In this document: positions 5,493 to 14,322 of the stretch, piece by piece | How positions within the stretch are numbered: position 1 is the first letter of the stretch | How the letters are laid out: the number at the start of each line of letters is the position of its first letter | Assembly: GCA_002774425.1 (NCBI GenBank) | Contig: PEYJ01000041.1 | Coordinates: 1-16,516 of the forward strand | Reading direction: 5' to 3' | DNA length: 16,516 bases | From: Parcubacteria group bacterium CG08_land_8_20_14_0_20_48_21 | GTDB taxonomy: Bacteria; Patescibacteriota; Patescibacteriia; UBA1544 | The notes under the pieces: generated by a model | The model's database searches: none | Seen by the model: the letters and a program-made list of their open reading frames with translations, nothing else | What the model was told of the DNA's origin: nothing | Translations under genes and position numbers: made by a program

Positions 5493-8400
5493 ATGGCAGA
5501 ACAACAAAAACCTACATCCGAGGAGATGGGTGAAAAATCACAAAACAATAAGGAGTTTTTTCAAGAGCTCCACTCACTCGAAGAAATGTTTGATAGTTTA
5601 GATGCTGATGCTGATGCCGAAAATATTGACCTATTATTAAAAGATTTGGTAGAGAAAGCGGGTAATCAAGGTATATACCTTACTGATCAAGAAGATAATG
5701 AACTCCTCCGTGTGCAAAATAAAATAGCAGCTCGAACAACAGTAAGCGGCGCACTTACGGAAGGATTGAATGAAGTAACTCATAAGGATGTAGCTGTTTC
5801 TGATGATGCATGGCCCGGCAATAGCTTAGGGGAGGCCCTAGCACAGGAGCTGAAAAAAACTAGAAAAATGCGCGCAACATCAAAAATTGATGACCAAGGG
5901 GAACAACCAGAATTCATTGAAGGCATAGAAAGTACTCATGCAACGGAAAATAAAGAAGAAAAATTTCCTGAAAATTTTGCAGATAAGCTTACTGAATTGA
6001 ATGAGCTTTGTGTCAACCGTACTTCTTCTGTTGATGCTATGGATTTATATACTGACACGCAACGTATGTATGCGAGCATGACTCCTGAAGGAAGGGGTAA
6101 AAGGACAAAATATAAGACAGAGGATTTTGCACGTAGAGTTCAGGCATGTAAAAAAGATACGAAAAATTGGAAGCCTGAAGATTTTATAAAACTTCTCGCA
6201 AAGCACTATACAGCCGCAACATCGGTATATGAACAGCAACAGAGTGAAGAAAAGAGCAATGGCGACGTAACCAGCACACCACATGATGTTGCAGAAGCGA
6301 CTGAACCAATTATAGCCAGGGAAGGAGTCGGTGCAGTAAGTTCGGCTTTAGAAACATCATCTACAATAATATCTTCGGAAAACGTTTTGAAAGAGGATCA
6401 TCCAGAGGCTGCTACTCCGACAAATGATGGAGTAGAAAGTTCTGCAGAGCCGATAGGACTTAACGTAATACCGGATATTGAGCCAAAAGAGCTTTCTGGT
6501 TATCGTGAGGAGATGCTGGTAAGTTTATCGCGTACCATAGATAGGCATGGTGAGGTGCTTGCGGAGGCTGATGAGGCAGTTAAACAATACAAACGCGAAC
6601 AGGCTGCGGAAATTATTTTGCAAACCAACCCAGCATTGCGGAGGCTTGCACAAGAAGACAACAATAATTTTGCCGTGTTGGTAAAAGAATTTTCCGATGC
6701 GTTCAGCAAGGATTCAGCATATGCCGATGAACGGCAGGAATTTGACGTTGCAGGACACAAGGTATATTTGGATGACCAAATGTATGTTGCGGCACTTGGT
6801 CAGGTACGCCAGCGCGAATTTGCTGCCCAAGTGTATGGAAATCGCCATCTTTGGCAGATATTGAAAGAACTTCCCGGCAATCTCTCTACCAAGGAAATTC
6901 CCGATGTGGAAGCCGAGGTACAATCTCGGCAGAGCAAGCGCATGAAGAAAGGAAAAAAAGCTGGACACTATGCCACTACCGCAAAAGTACAAAAAATGCA
7001 GCACGAGCTGCTGGCAGCGGAAACTGCTGATGCCATGGTGGTTCTCGCCAAAGAAGATGTGGCGGCACACGCATTGGACACTGTATTGGATGAGCGGATA
7101 CGCTTTGAAGATATTCGGGCAAAGAACAGCAAGCTGGACAGTGCAACCATAAATTTTTTGCGGGACAATAAGACATCACTACGGCTTGGCGGGGTAGTGG
7201 TGGCTGCCGGGCTTGGCGCTGCAAGCGGCGGACTCTTGGCGGGAGCGGTTGCGGGCGGCGTGCGCATTGCGCATATGAGTGTCGGCATGGCCGCCGGTGG
7301 CGGTTCCAAAAAATTGTTGGACTGGGTTGAAGATAAATGGCTAAAGGAACGCGATGCAGAAAGAGCGCAAGCGATTATAGATAAAGCAAGAACCGAAATA
7401 AGCGGCATCATCCGTGAGTTTGGCGCTGATCAGAAAAATGTGGAAGACGCGCATACTCAAGAAGAAAAAGCCGCGGCATTGCAAAAGCGTCAACAGACAC
7501 GTAACAGTCTGACAAAAGCGTTTGCCGCCGCGCAGCATAAACTCTCCATAGAAGATGCACGTAAACTGCACCGCGAAATAGGTGAAACACTCGCGGCTTC
7601 TACTGCGGGCATAGTTATGGGGATGCAAGCGGGGGCATTTGTGGATCAATTTTTCCCGCAAGCTCCGGAAGATCCCGCAATACCTACCTCTGCACCAGAT
7701 TCTGTAATGCCGGAAACTGTGTCCGGTGAAACGACCGCACCGCATGAGGCTATAGCGCCTGAAGTCGCGCCAATGGAAACGGGTCCTGTGGCAAGTCCGG
7801 TTGAACAAACATCAAGCACCGTTCAAACAGCTCAAGCTATGCACGAAACTACAGAAGATTCTCCTGTGTCCGGTGAAACGACCGCACCGCATGAGGCTAT
7901 AGCGCCTGAAGTCGCGCCAATGGAAACGGTGCAGTGGTTTGGTGAGGGAAATACCGTATGGGCGCAAGCGGATCATGTTCTCAAACAAGGTGCCTTTGAT
8001 AATTTAATAAAAGTTGCACGCGCTTCGGGAGTGGATATGGATGAGGTGCATACATTCAATGACTTAACACCGGCACAGCAAACCTATATCATAGATTGGC
8101 TGAAGGACATGGTGGTGGCACATCCGGAAAATTTTGGCTTGCAAGCGGGAGCTGACGTGGAGCATGGATTTTCCAAGAGCATGCATCTGGATTTCACGAA
8201 TGCATTGGAAGACCAAGGCGCAAATATTATGGCGCACATGCAGAAACTCTCACTGGACCAGCTTGCGAACATTCAGCACAATTTGGATATTGCACACCGG
8301 GCGGTAAGCGCGGGCATTCACTCTACATCGGAAAATCTGGGTCATCTTCTTGGCAATAACACTATGGAAGCATGGGTGGTAACGGGCGGTACCGAGGTAA

Positions 8401-8981
8401 CGCAAGAACATTTTACGGCACTTGCCGCCTTACAGCAGAGTGGCATGATCACGGCTGATCAGTTTGCTCATTTAACGTCCGAGCAAATCAATAACTATCT
8501 GGCATTTACGGATGCGCATCAGGGATTAGCGGCGAGCCAGGAAAACATTGTGGCAATACTCAACGGTCAGGGCGATATCGCGCAGCATGTGGCGGAACAT
8601 GCATCCTCTGCCGCCGTATCACCTCTGGAAAATGTTGAGGAGGTGCAGGTTTTCAAACCCGAAATTGAGAAGGTGGTAAGAGAAGCCATGCGACCAAAGC
8701 GTTGGTGGAATATCCCGGGAAAGGCGTTGGACAGGGTGAGTGGTGATTGGGAGCATAATTGGCAATTCTTTAAAGATCAGAACGTAGATGACCTATTGAA
8801 GAATCGGATAACTGGCCACGCGGGAGAATACGGTATACTTGAGGGTATGCACAAACGTGCGCTTCGGGAATTTATACATGTTGCATTGGGAAAAGGCATC
8901 ATACAACCTACTGACAGTGGAACTCCGATGAAGGTCGGCGAAGCTATCCGGCAGATTGCGATCTATAATAGAACTCACTAA
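5493..8981 (+). CDS. Large (1162 aa) hypothetical protein with an acidic low-complexity N-terminal half, two Gly-zipper-like hydrophobic segments separated by a coiled coil, a Pro/Thr/Glu-rich repeat linker and a C-terminal globular region of about 350 aa.
   Basis: Long uninterrupted frame and no N-terminal signal peptide. Hydrophobic segments are LRLGGVVVAAGLGAASGGLLAGAVAGGVRIAHMSVGMAAGGG and AGIVMGMQAGAFV. Contains the tandem peptide SGETTAPHEAIAPEVAPMET twice. No known domain recognised. Confidence 0.7.
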   Translation: MAEQQKPTSEEMGEKSQNNKEFFQELHSLEEMFDSLDADADAENIDLLLKDLVEKAGNQGIYLTDQEDNELLRVQNKIAARTTVSGALTEGLNEVTHKDVAVSDDAWPGNSLGEALAQELKKTRKMRATSKIDDQGEQPEFIEGIESTHATENKEEKFPENFADKLTELNELCVNRTSSVDAMDLYTDTQRMYASMTPEGRGKRTKYKTEDFARRVQACKKDTKNWKPEDFIKLLAKHYTAATSVYEQQQSEEKSNGDVTSTPHDVAEATEPIIAREGVGAVSSALETSSTIISSENVLKEDHPEAATPTNDGVESSAEPIGLNVIPDIEPKELSGYREEMLVSLSRTIDRHGEVLAEADEAVKQYKREQAAEIILQTNPALRRLAQEDNNNFAVLVKEFSDAFSKDSAYADERQEFDVAGHKVYLDDQMYVAALGQVRQREFAAQVYGNRHLWQILKELPGNLSTKEIPDVEAEVQSRQSKRMKKGKKAGHYATTAKVQKMQHELLAAETADAMVVLAKEDVAAHALDTVLDERIRFEDIRAKNSKLDSATINFLRDNKTSLRLGGVVVAAGLGAASGGLLAGAVAGGVRIAHMSVGMAAGGGSKKLLDWVEDKWLKERDAERAQAIIDKARTEISGIIREFGADQKNVEDAHTQEEKAAALQKRQQTRNSLTKAFAAAQHKLSIEDARKLHREIGETLAASTAGIVMGMQAGAFVDQFFPQAPEDPAIPTSAPDSVMPETVSGETTAPHEAIAPEVAPMETGPVASPVEQTSSTVQTAQAMHETTEDSPVSGETTAPHEAIAPEVAPMETVQWFGEGNTVWAQADHVLKQGAFDNLIKVARASGVDMDEVHTFNDLTPAQQTYIIDWLKDMVVAHPENFGLQAGADVEHGFSKSMHLDFTNALEDQGANIMAHMQKLSLDQLANIQHNLDIAHRAVSAGIHSTSENLGHLLGNNTMEAWVVTGGTEVTQEHFTALAALQQSGMITADQFAHLTSEQINNYLAFTDAHQGLAASQENIVAILNGQGDIAQHVAEHASSAAVSPLENVEEVQVFKPEIEKVVREAMRPKRWWNIPGKALDRVSGDWEHNWQFFKDQNVDDLLKNRITGHAGEYGILEGMHKRALREFIHVALGKGIIQPTDSGTPMKVGEAIRQIAIYNRTH
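7717..7781 (+). repeat. Copy 1 of a perfect 65-bp in-frame direct repeat inside the large ORF.
   Basis: ctgtgtccggtgaaacgaccgcaccgcatgaggctatagcgcctgaagtcgcgccaatggaaacgg, identical to 7864-7928. Confidence 0.85.
7864..7928 (+). repeat. Copy 2 of the 65-bp direct repeat (offset 147 bp, which is 49 codons).
   Basis: Identical to 7717-7781. Confidence 0.85.
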
Positions 8982-8991
8982 TTTTTTTCCT

Positions 8992-9315
8992 ATGCCAGCT
9001 ACCACTCCACGCAGCCAAATTACTCATTTCTTCAAGATTCTTGGCTTTGATTATTTGCAGGATGTGAAGAAAAAGGACTTAGTCAAAAAAATGGGTGAAC
9101 TTACCTACATGCGTTTTATGGTACGTATCTACGACAAGCTGTCGGCTGGAGAGCGCAAAGAGCTTACCGCGCTTTTCAAGAAAGATGCAAAGTGCGACAG
9201 GATAGCTCAATTTCTCTACATGCATATTTCTGATGTGGATAGGGTTTTGGCGGATGTCGTATTTGGCGTTCAGACTGATGTAAAAAACGATTTGGCATAT
9301 ATAACAAAAATCTAA
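8992..9315 (+). CDS. Small hypothetical protein of about 107 aa. The track ORF starts at 8956 and overlaps the large ORF; ATG 8992 is more likely.
   Basis: Open frame 11 nt after the large-ORF stop. Helical and Lys-rich (…FFKILGFDYLQDVKKKDLVKKMGELTYMRFMVRIYDKLSAGERKELTALFKKDAK…). Followed by a strong terminator. Confidence 0.45.
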   Translation: MPATTPRSQITHFFKILGFDYLQDVKKKDLVKKMGELTYMRFMVRIYDKLSAGERKELTALFKKDAKCDRIAQFLYMHISDVDRVLADVVFGVQTDVKNDLAYITKI

Positions 9316-9336
9316 ACAAACACTATGGGATGAAGA

Positions 9337-9376
9337 AAATAAAACCCCCGCCCTAAAGGGCGGGGGTTTTATTTTG
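9337..9376. terminator. Bidirectional intrinsic terminator between the + strand small ORF and the convergent rplT.
   Basis: aaaacccccgccc-taaa-gggcgggggtttt: a perfect 13-bp stem flanked by an A-run and a T-run. Confidence 0.8.
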
Positions 9377-9388
9377 TATAGGGTAGCG

Positions 9389-9739
9389 TTATGCGCTTTT
9401 CACTTTTGCAACAATTGCTTTAAACACGGTTGGCTCATCGGCAGCGAGAGCTGCTAATACTTTTCTATCAAGTTCGCTATGTGATTTTTTCAGAGAATGG
9501 ACAAACGTAGAATAGGTCATGCCTTCCTCGCGCACGGCGGCATTCAGGCGCACCTGCCACAGCGCGCGCATGGTGCGCTTTTTCTTGCGCCGGTCGCGCA
9601 ACGCGTGCTGGCCGGCCTTTTTGACCGCGGTCTTGGCGGCGCGCACCAATTTTTTACGTCCCCATTTATAGCCTTTGGTTTTTGCAAGGAGGGATTTTCT
9701 TTTCTTTGTGCGGACAGTACCGCGTTTTACTCGGGGCAT
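9389..9739 (-). CDS. rplT: 50S ribosomal protein L20.
   Basis: MPRVKRGTVRTKKRKSLLAKTKGYKWGRKKLVRAAKTAV… is the canonical L20 N-terminus. It is the last gene of the infC-rpmI-rplT operon. Confidence 0.9.
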   Translation of the reverse strand: MPRVKRGTVRTKKRKSLLAKTKGYKWGRKKLVRAAKTAVKKAGQHALRDRRKKKRTMRALWQVRLNAAVREEGMTYSTFVHSLKKSHSELDRKVLAALAADEPTVFKAIVAKVKSA

Positions 9740-9829
9740 ACTATGTTGAGGAAGTAACTTGTAGCTTGTAGCTTGTGGAACCCATTACGTATGATTTCAG
9801 GTTGTAAGCCGTAAGTCTCAAGACACTAT

Positions 9830-10024
9830 TTAAGAATAAGGCAAAAGCTTTTTAATGTTTTTTTCATGAACTTTGGAAAGCGTTGAAACGCGGCGCTTGT
9901 TGGTTCCCGTTTTTCCGGTTTCACGAGCGTTAAAGTGGTCTTGTCCCGCGGTGCGCTTTTTCATTTTTCCCTTTTTGGTAATCTTGATGCGCTTCGCGAT
10001 AGATTTATGGGTTTTCATCTTCAT
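9830..10024 (-). CDS. rpmI: 50S ribosomal protein L35.
   Basis: MKMKTHKSIAKRIKITKKGKMKKRTAGQDHF… matches the L35 signature (MPKxKTxxGAAKRFK). Positioned between infC and rplT. Confidence 0.85.
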   Translation of the reverse strand: MKMKTHKSIAKRIKITKKGKMKKRTAGQDHFNARETGKTGTNKRRVSTLSKVHEKNIKKLLPYS

Positions 10025-10042
10025 AGAGAATGCGCAAGTAAA

Positions 10043-10636
10043 TTAAGCTGACGACTTATGGTCTTGCGCAGCATGTTGAGGCACTGCGTAAATAATGGCG
10101 AGGAGCTTGCCCCCCTGCTTGGTTACCTGTTGTTCTATTGCCACAGGAAATGACTGGTTAATACTCTCAATGAACTGGTTAACCTTTTCCTTGGCAAGAT
10201 CGGTGTGCCGGTGCTCGCGGCCGCGAATGGTCATTTCTACCTTGACCTTGTCATTACCTTCCAGAAATTTTATTGCCGCTTTCTTGCGTACTTCCTTATC
10301 GTGCTCACCGATGCGGAACGTGAGCCGTATGGCTTTCACCTCAACTTGTTTTTCCTTCTGCTGAACGCGGGTTTTTTGCTTTCTCTTTTCTTCCTGATAC
10401 TTAAAGCTGCCAAAATCCAAAAACTTTACGACTGGCGGTTGTGCCAGGGGAGAAACTTCCACCATATCATATCCCCGCTCGTGCGCAAGATTTCCCGCAT
10501 CCTCGGTGCGCATGACACCAAGCGCCACGCCCTCTTCGTCAATCACCGAAACTTCAGGGGCGCGTATCTGGCGGTTGACTCGGTGCGTTTTTTCCGGAGC
10601 TTGCCTTTTATATCTTTTACGGTAAGTTCTGCGCAT
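10043..10636 (-). CDS. infC: Translation initiation factor IF-3.
   Basis: …VNRQIRAPEVSVIDEEGVALGVMRTEDAGNLAHERGYDMVEVSPLAQPPVVKFLDFGSFKYQEEKRK… and the C-terminal …KVKVEMTIRGREHRHTDLAKEKVNQF… are the IF3 N- and C-domains. Confidence 0.9.
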   Translation of the reverse strand: MRRTYRKRYKRQAPEKTHRVNRQIRAPEVSVIDEEGVALGVMRTEDAGNLAHERGYDMVEVSPLAQPPVVKFLDFGSFKYQEEKRKQKTRVQQKEKQVEVKAIRLTFRIGEHDKEVRKKAAIKFLEGNDKVKVEMTIRGREHRHTDLAKEKVNQFIESINQSFPVAIEQQVTKQGGKLLAIIYAVPQHAAQDHKSSA

Positions 10637-10714
10637 TATCTTGAAACATGAAAGTTAAAACCTGCCATAAACACGTTCTGCTTTCCGACCGCCTATCTCT
10701 TTACTGGCTGAACT

Positions 10715-11124
10715 GGTGGAGATGGTGGGAATCGAACCCACGTCTAGTAAGCATGATGCGAAGAGCCACTACATCTTATAGCCTGCCGTAGGTGCGTACG
10801 CTGTCGGCGGCAGACAACCTTGGCGGCGTACGAGTGCCTCTTATAAGTTTCGGATATTGCCTAAGAAGCCGAAGACCGTATCCTACATCGGGAATATGAC
10901 ACTCTGTTTCTCAACCCCGATAGTTAGAGGAGAGCGGCTCAAGCGATATTACGCGAAAGCTGGCGCAAAGTTCGGCATTGCAAAGCTATGCGCAAATGCA
11001 GTCCGTACTCTGCTGGCAAATGATTTTGCACTTATGAAGATGAAGCATGAGATTGACAAGCGTTGCTTCACGCTTGAAGATGCGCTTTTCGCAAAAAAAC
11101 TTCCTATCAAATCCGATCATCCCC
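10715..11124 (-). ncRNA. ssrA: tmRNA (SsrA), about 410 nt.
   Basis: The 3' end GUGGGUUCGAUUCCCACCAUCUCCACCA is a tRNA-like T-arm plus acceptor with CCA. A complementary 5' end GGGGAUGAUCGGAUUUGAUAGGAAGUUUUUUUGCGAAAAGC, found 410 nt away, aligns with E. coli GGGGCUGAUUCUGGAUUCGACGGGAUUUGCGAAACC and gives a G3:U70 pair. An internal tag reading frame ...GCA AUG CCG AAC UUU GCG CCA GCU UUC GCG UAA encodes …NFAPAFA-stop. smpB is immediately upstream. Confidence 0.75.
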
Positions 11125-11179
11125 ATAATAAGGTTATGTTAAGTTGGATGTTTCGCCCATACCCAACCCTACTATTTTC

Positions 11180-11701
11180 TCAAGGAAGCGGGTTTTTTAA
11201 CGTGTTTGCAATGTGCCGTTTAACCTCTCTTTCCCGAATGGTGCGGCGCTTGTCGTACTTCTTTTTTCCCCGCGCTAAACCAAACGAAAGTTTCACAAGA
11301 GCGTGATGAGTATACACCTTTAAGGGTATCATTGTCAACCCCTTTTGGGAGAGCTTGCCGGTCAAGGATGTTATTTCTTTCTTTTGGAGCAAGAGTTTGC
11401 GCGATCGTGTCGGATTATAGGAGAGGTCTGTGCCGGCCGGTTTGTACCGTGCAATATGGGCATTAAGTAAATAAGGTTCCCATACGGTTTGCATCATGTG
11501 CTGCGAGCTATGCGGCGCGACTTTCTTTTTTCGCTTCATCCCCTTGGACGTGTGTTTGAAGATAACGTACGCTTCGGCGATCTTCATGCCGCCGTTCTTT
11601 GTGGATTTTACCTCGTGTCCCTCCAATACCAATCCCGCCTCGAAGGTTTCCAGGATCTCATACTCATATGATGCGCGTTTATTGAGTGCGAGTGTAGGCA
11701 T
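11180..11701 (-). CDS. smpB: SsrA-binding protein SmpB. The track ORF extends to 11782; Met at 11701 (MPTLALNKRASYEYE…) is the more likely start.
   Basis: …YEYEILETFEAGLVLEGHEVKSTKNGGMKIAEAYV…LLNAHIARYKPAG…YNPTRSRKLLLQKKEITSLTGKLSQKGLTMIPLKVYTHHALVKLSFGLARGKKKYDKRRTIREREVKR… is strongly SmpB-like. Confidence 0.85.
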   Translation of the reverse strand: MPTLALNKRASYEYEILETFEAGLVLEGHEVKSTKNGGMKIAEAYVIFKHTSKGMKRKKKVAPHSSQHMMQTVWEPYLLNAHIARYKPAGTDLSYNPTRSRKLLLQKKEITSLTGKLSQKGLTMIPLKVYTHHALVKLSFGLARGKKKYDKRRTIREREVKRHIANTLKNPLP

Positions 11702-11747
11702 AAAAAAGAGTACGAAATAAGAAATAAGGGAATGACTTCTGCATTTC

Positions 11748-11776
11748 TTGCTTTTTATAGTCTCTTGTCGTATACT
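11748..11776 (+). promoter_or_regulatory. Sigma70-like promoter, TTGCTT-17-TATACT, for the AI-2E transporter gene.
   Basis: TTGCTT at 11748-11753, a 17-nt spacer, TATACT at 11771-11776. This argues against the track start at 11748 and for a start at ATG 11823 or 11877. Confidence 0.4.
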
Positions 11777-11876
11777 AGACACACCATATCATATAAGGTT
11801 TTTTACGCAATATCCGCTATTTATGTTTGGAAAAAATACGCCGTCAGTGAATATCCAAATTTCCAATGTTACGCTC

Positions 11877-12902
11877 ATGAAAGTGCTGCTCTTTGTGGCT
11901 GGTTTGGGCATGCTCTACATTATTGCAGATATTGTCGCATTGCTTTTTATAGCCATTGTGTTGGCCTCGGCAATTGAGCCAATGGTCTCATGGCTCTACA
12001 AGCGGGCAATTCCGCGTGTAGCGGGTGCGCTGATCATTTATATCGGTTTACTGGGCGTTGTGGCACTAATGTTCTCATTACTCATTCCTGCGGTGGCGAA
12101 AGAAGTAAGCCAGTTATCGCAAGAACTGCCTGCCATTCTTGACCGCTTTGACCAGGTTACTACGCAGCTCGTTGGTGTAGGCCAGCGGGGAGATATGGTT
12201 GTTTCATTTCAAGAATGGAGCAAGGCGCTTGGATCGGTTGGTGGTATGGCGATTACGAATGTCTTCCATGTGTTTATTAGCATATTCGGCGGCATCGCTT
12301 CGGCTATGCTCATCCTGGTGTTGAGTTTTTATATGGTCATAGATAAAGGCGCGATGCGTACTAGCTTGATCCAAATTATGCCGGATCGGTACCAGAAATA
12401 CATTACCGACGTAACCGGTTGCATGCAGGACAAAATAGGGCAATGGCTCAAAGGGCAGGTGCTACTCATGTTGACGGTAGGGCTGCTCACGCTGGTAGCG
12501 TTGCTCACCTTGCATATTAAATATGCGCTCTTGCTCGCGCTTTTGGCAGGTATGTTTGAGATTGTGCCGGTTTTAGGGCCTATTTTTGCGGCTATTCCCG
12601 CTCTCTTTTTTGCGTCAACACAATCTCTTTTTGCGCTCGTTTCCGTACTGATTATCTATATCGTGGTGCAGCAAATAGAAAATCATCTGCTTGCACCAAA
12701 AATCATGCAAAAAGCCGTTGGATTCTCGCCGATTGTAACCATTGTCGTCTTACTCATAGGCGCAAAACTTGGCGGACAATCCGGCCATCATGTATTCGGG
12801 GCGTTGATTGCCATTCCGGTCGCAACAGCGGTGAATGTGCTCATTCAGGATTTCTTCGGTGGCAACAAAGAACTCAAAAGAATAGAAGAGAGTTCCACAT
12901 AA
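11877..12902 (+). CDS. AI-2E family (PerM/YhhT, UPF0118) transporter. Start is 11877 (MKVLLF…) or 11823.
   Basis: Multi-TM protein with the family core …[20 protein letters not shown]…[37 protein letters not shown]…GALIAIPVA…. Confidence 0.8.
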   Translation: MKVLLFVAGLGMLYIIADIVALLFIAIVLASAIEPMVSWLYKRAIPRVAGALIIYIGLLGVVALMFSLLIPAVAKEVSQLSQELPAILDRFDQVTTQLVGVGQRGDMVVSFQEWSKALGSVGGMAITNVFHVFISIFGGIASAMLILVLSFYMVIDKGAMRTSLIQIMPDRYQKYITDVTGCMQDKIGQWLKGQVLLMLTVGLLTLVALLTLHIKYALLLALLAGMFEIVPVLGPIFAAIPALFFASTQSLFALVSVLIIYIVVQQIENHLLAPKIMQKAVGFSPIVTIVVLLIGAKLGGQSGHHVFGALIAIPVATAVNVLIQDFFGGNKELKRIEESST

Positions 12903-12903
12903 T

Positions 12904-14322
12904 ATGCAAATGCCTCATGTGCAAGATCGCATGCAAAAACTGGTGTCGCTTGCCAAGCGGCGCGGTTTTATATTTCCCTCATCAGAGATCTACGGCGGCA
13001 TCGCCAATACCTGGGACTACGGCCCTTTGGGGGTGGCATTGAAAAATAACGTTAAACAGCTCTGGTGGAATCGGTTTGTGCATGGGCGCAATGATATGGT
13101 GGGAATGGACGCGGCGATTTTTATGAATCCGCGGGTGTGGGAGGCGTCCGGACACGTTGCGAATTTTGCGGACGCGCGGGTGGACTGCAAAAAATGTAAA
13201 TCGCGCTTTCGCGCGGATCATCTGGTGGAAGAGGCGACTGGCAAGAGCGTAGAGGGAAAAACTGCTGAAGATCTGACGCAGATAATCGGTGTTGAGCGTA
13301 TTGTCTGCCCGTCGTGTGGGGCGCATGAGTTTACGGAGGCGCGCAATTTCAATCTCCTGTTTGAGACAAGTATCGGCAAAGTGGAAAAGGACAAGTCTAT
13401 TGTGTATCTGCGCGGGGAGACCGCACAGGGCATGTTCGTGAATTTTAAGAATGTGCAACAGGCAATGCGCTTGCGTTTGCCTTTCGGCATGGGACAGATC
13501 GGCAAAGCGTTCCGCAATGAAATTACCCCGGGAAATTTTACCTTCCGCACGCTGGAGTTTGAGCAGATGGAGATTGAGTATTTTATCAGCCCGCGGGACG
13601 ATTGGGGAAAAATATTTGCTCTATGGGAAAAAGAAATGGCAGCATGGCTTGCGGATTTAGGTATCAGTAAAAAAAATATCCGCGTTCGTGAACATGCGCA
13701 GGAGGAGCTTTCCCACTACTCCAAAAAAACCATTGATTTTGAATATGCGTTTCCGTTCGGATGGAAAGAACTTTACGGTTTGGCATATCGTACGGATTTT
13801 GATTTGCAGAACCACATGCGGGAGAGCGGCGAGGATTTGCGCTACACGGATCCCGATACGCAGGAGAAGTATGTACCGCACGTAGTTGAGCCGACCTTTG
13901 GTGTTGATCGCACGATACTTATGCTGCTACTGGAAGCGTATGTGGAAATTGAAGGTGGGCGGACAACGACGACGGAGAGCGTGAAAGAAGAGGAGGTGGT
14001 GTTACGGCTAGACAAGCGTGTGGCACCCGTGAAAGTAGCTGTCTTGCCGTTGTCCAAAAAAGAGCCGCTTGCGCAAAAAGCTCGGGAGCTGGCACAAATG
14101 CTGCGCGGATATTTGGCGGTGCAGTACGACGAGACGGGATCTATCGGCAAGCGCTATCGCCGACAGGACGAGATTGGCACACCCTACTGCGTTACCGTGG
14201 ATTTTGATTCACTGGAGGATGATAAAGTCACGGTACGTGATCGGGATACGATGGCGCAGGAACGAGTAGCAATTGAAGATACAAAAAATTATTTTAAGGA
14301 AAATTTTGGGATGTTCCACTAA
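12904..14322 (+). CDS. glyQS: Glycine--tRNA ligase, alpha2 (GlyQS) type.
   Basis: [40 protein letters not shown]…, class-II motifs, and the C-terminal anticodon-binding region. Confidence 0.9.
   Translation: MQMPHVQDRMQKLVSLAKRRGFIFPSSEIYGGIANTWDYGPLGVALKNNVKQLWWNRFVHGRNDMVGMDAAIFMNPRVWEASGHVANFADARVDCKKCKSRFRADHLVEEATGKSVEGKTAEDLTQIIGVERIVCPSCGAHEFTEARNFNLLFETSIGKVEKDKSIVYLRGETAQGMFVNFKNVQQAMRLRLPFGMGQIGKAFRNEITPGNFTFRTLEFEQMEIEYFISPRDDWGKIFALWEKEMAAWLADLGISKKNIRVREHAQEELSHYSKKTIDFEYAFPFGWKELYGLAYRTDFDLQNHMRESGEDLRYTDPDTQEKYVPHVVEPTFGVDRTILMLLLEAYVEIEGGRTTTTESVKEEEVVLRLDKRVAPVKVAVLPLSKKEPLAQKARELAQMLRGYLAVQYDETGSIGKRYRRQDEIGTPYCVTVDFDSLEDDKVTVRDRDTMAQERVAIEDTKNYFKENFGMFH

Noticed and set aside
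6045-7808. Several antisense ORFs inside the 1162-aa gene
   Set aside because: Shadow ORFs of the long sense frame.
7717-7928. CRISPR-like repeat
   Set aside because: Only two copies, 65 bp long, in-frame coding, and no cas genes. This is an intragenic duplication.
10857-11306. 149-aa plus-strand ORF
   Set aside because: Lies antisense across the tmRNA and the smpB 3' end. The tmRNA structure and SmpB homology explain the region.
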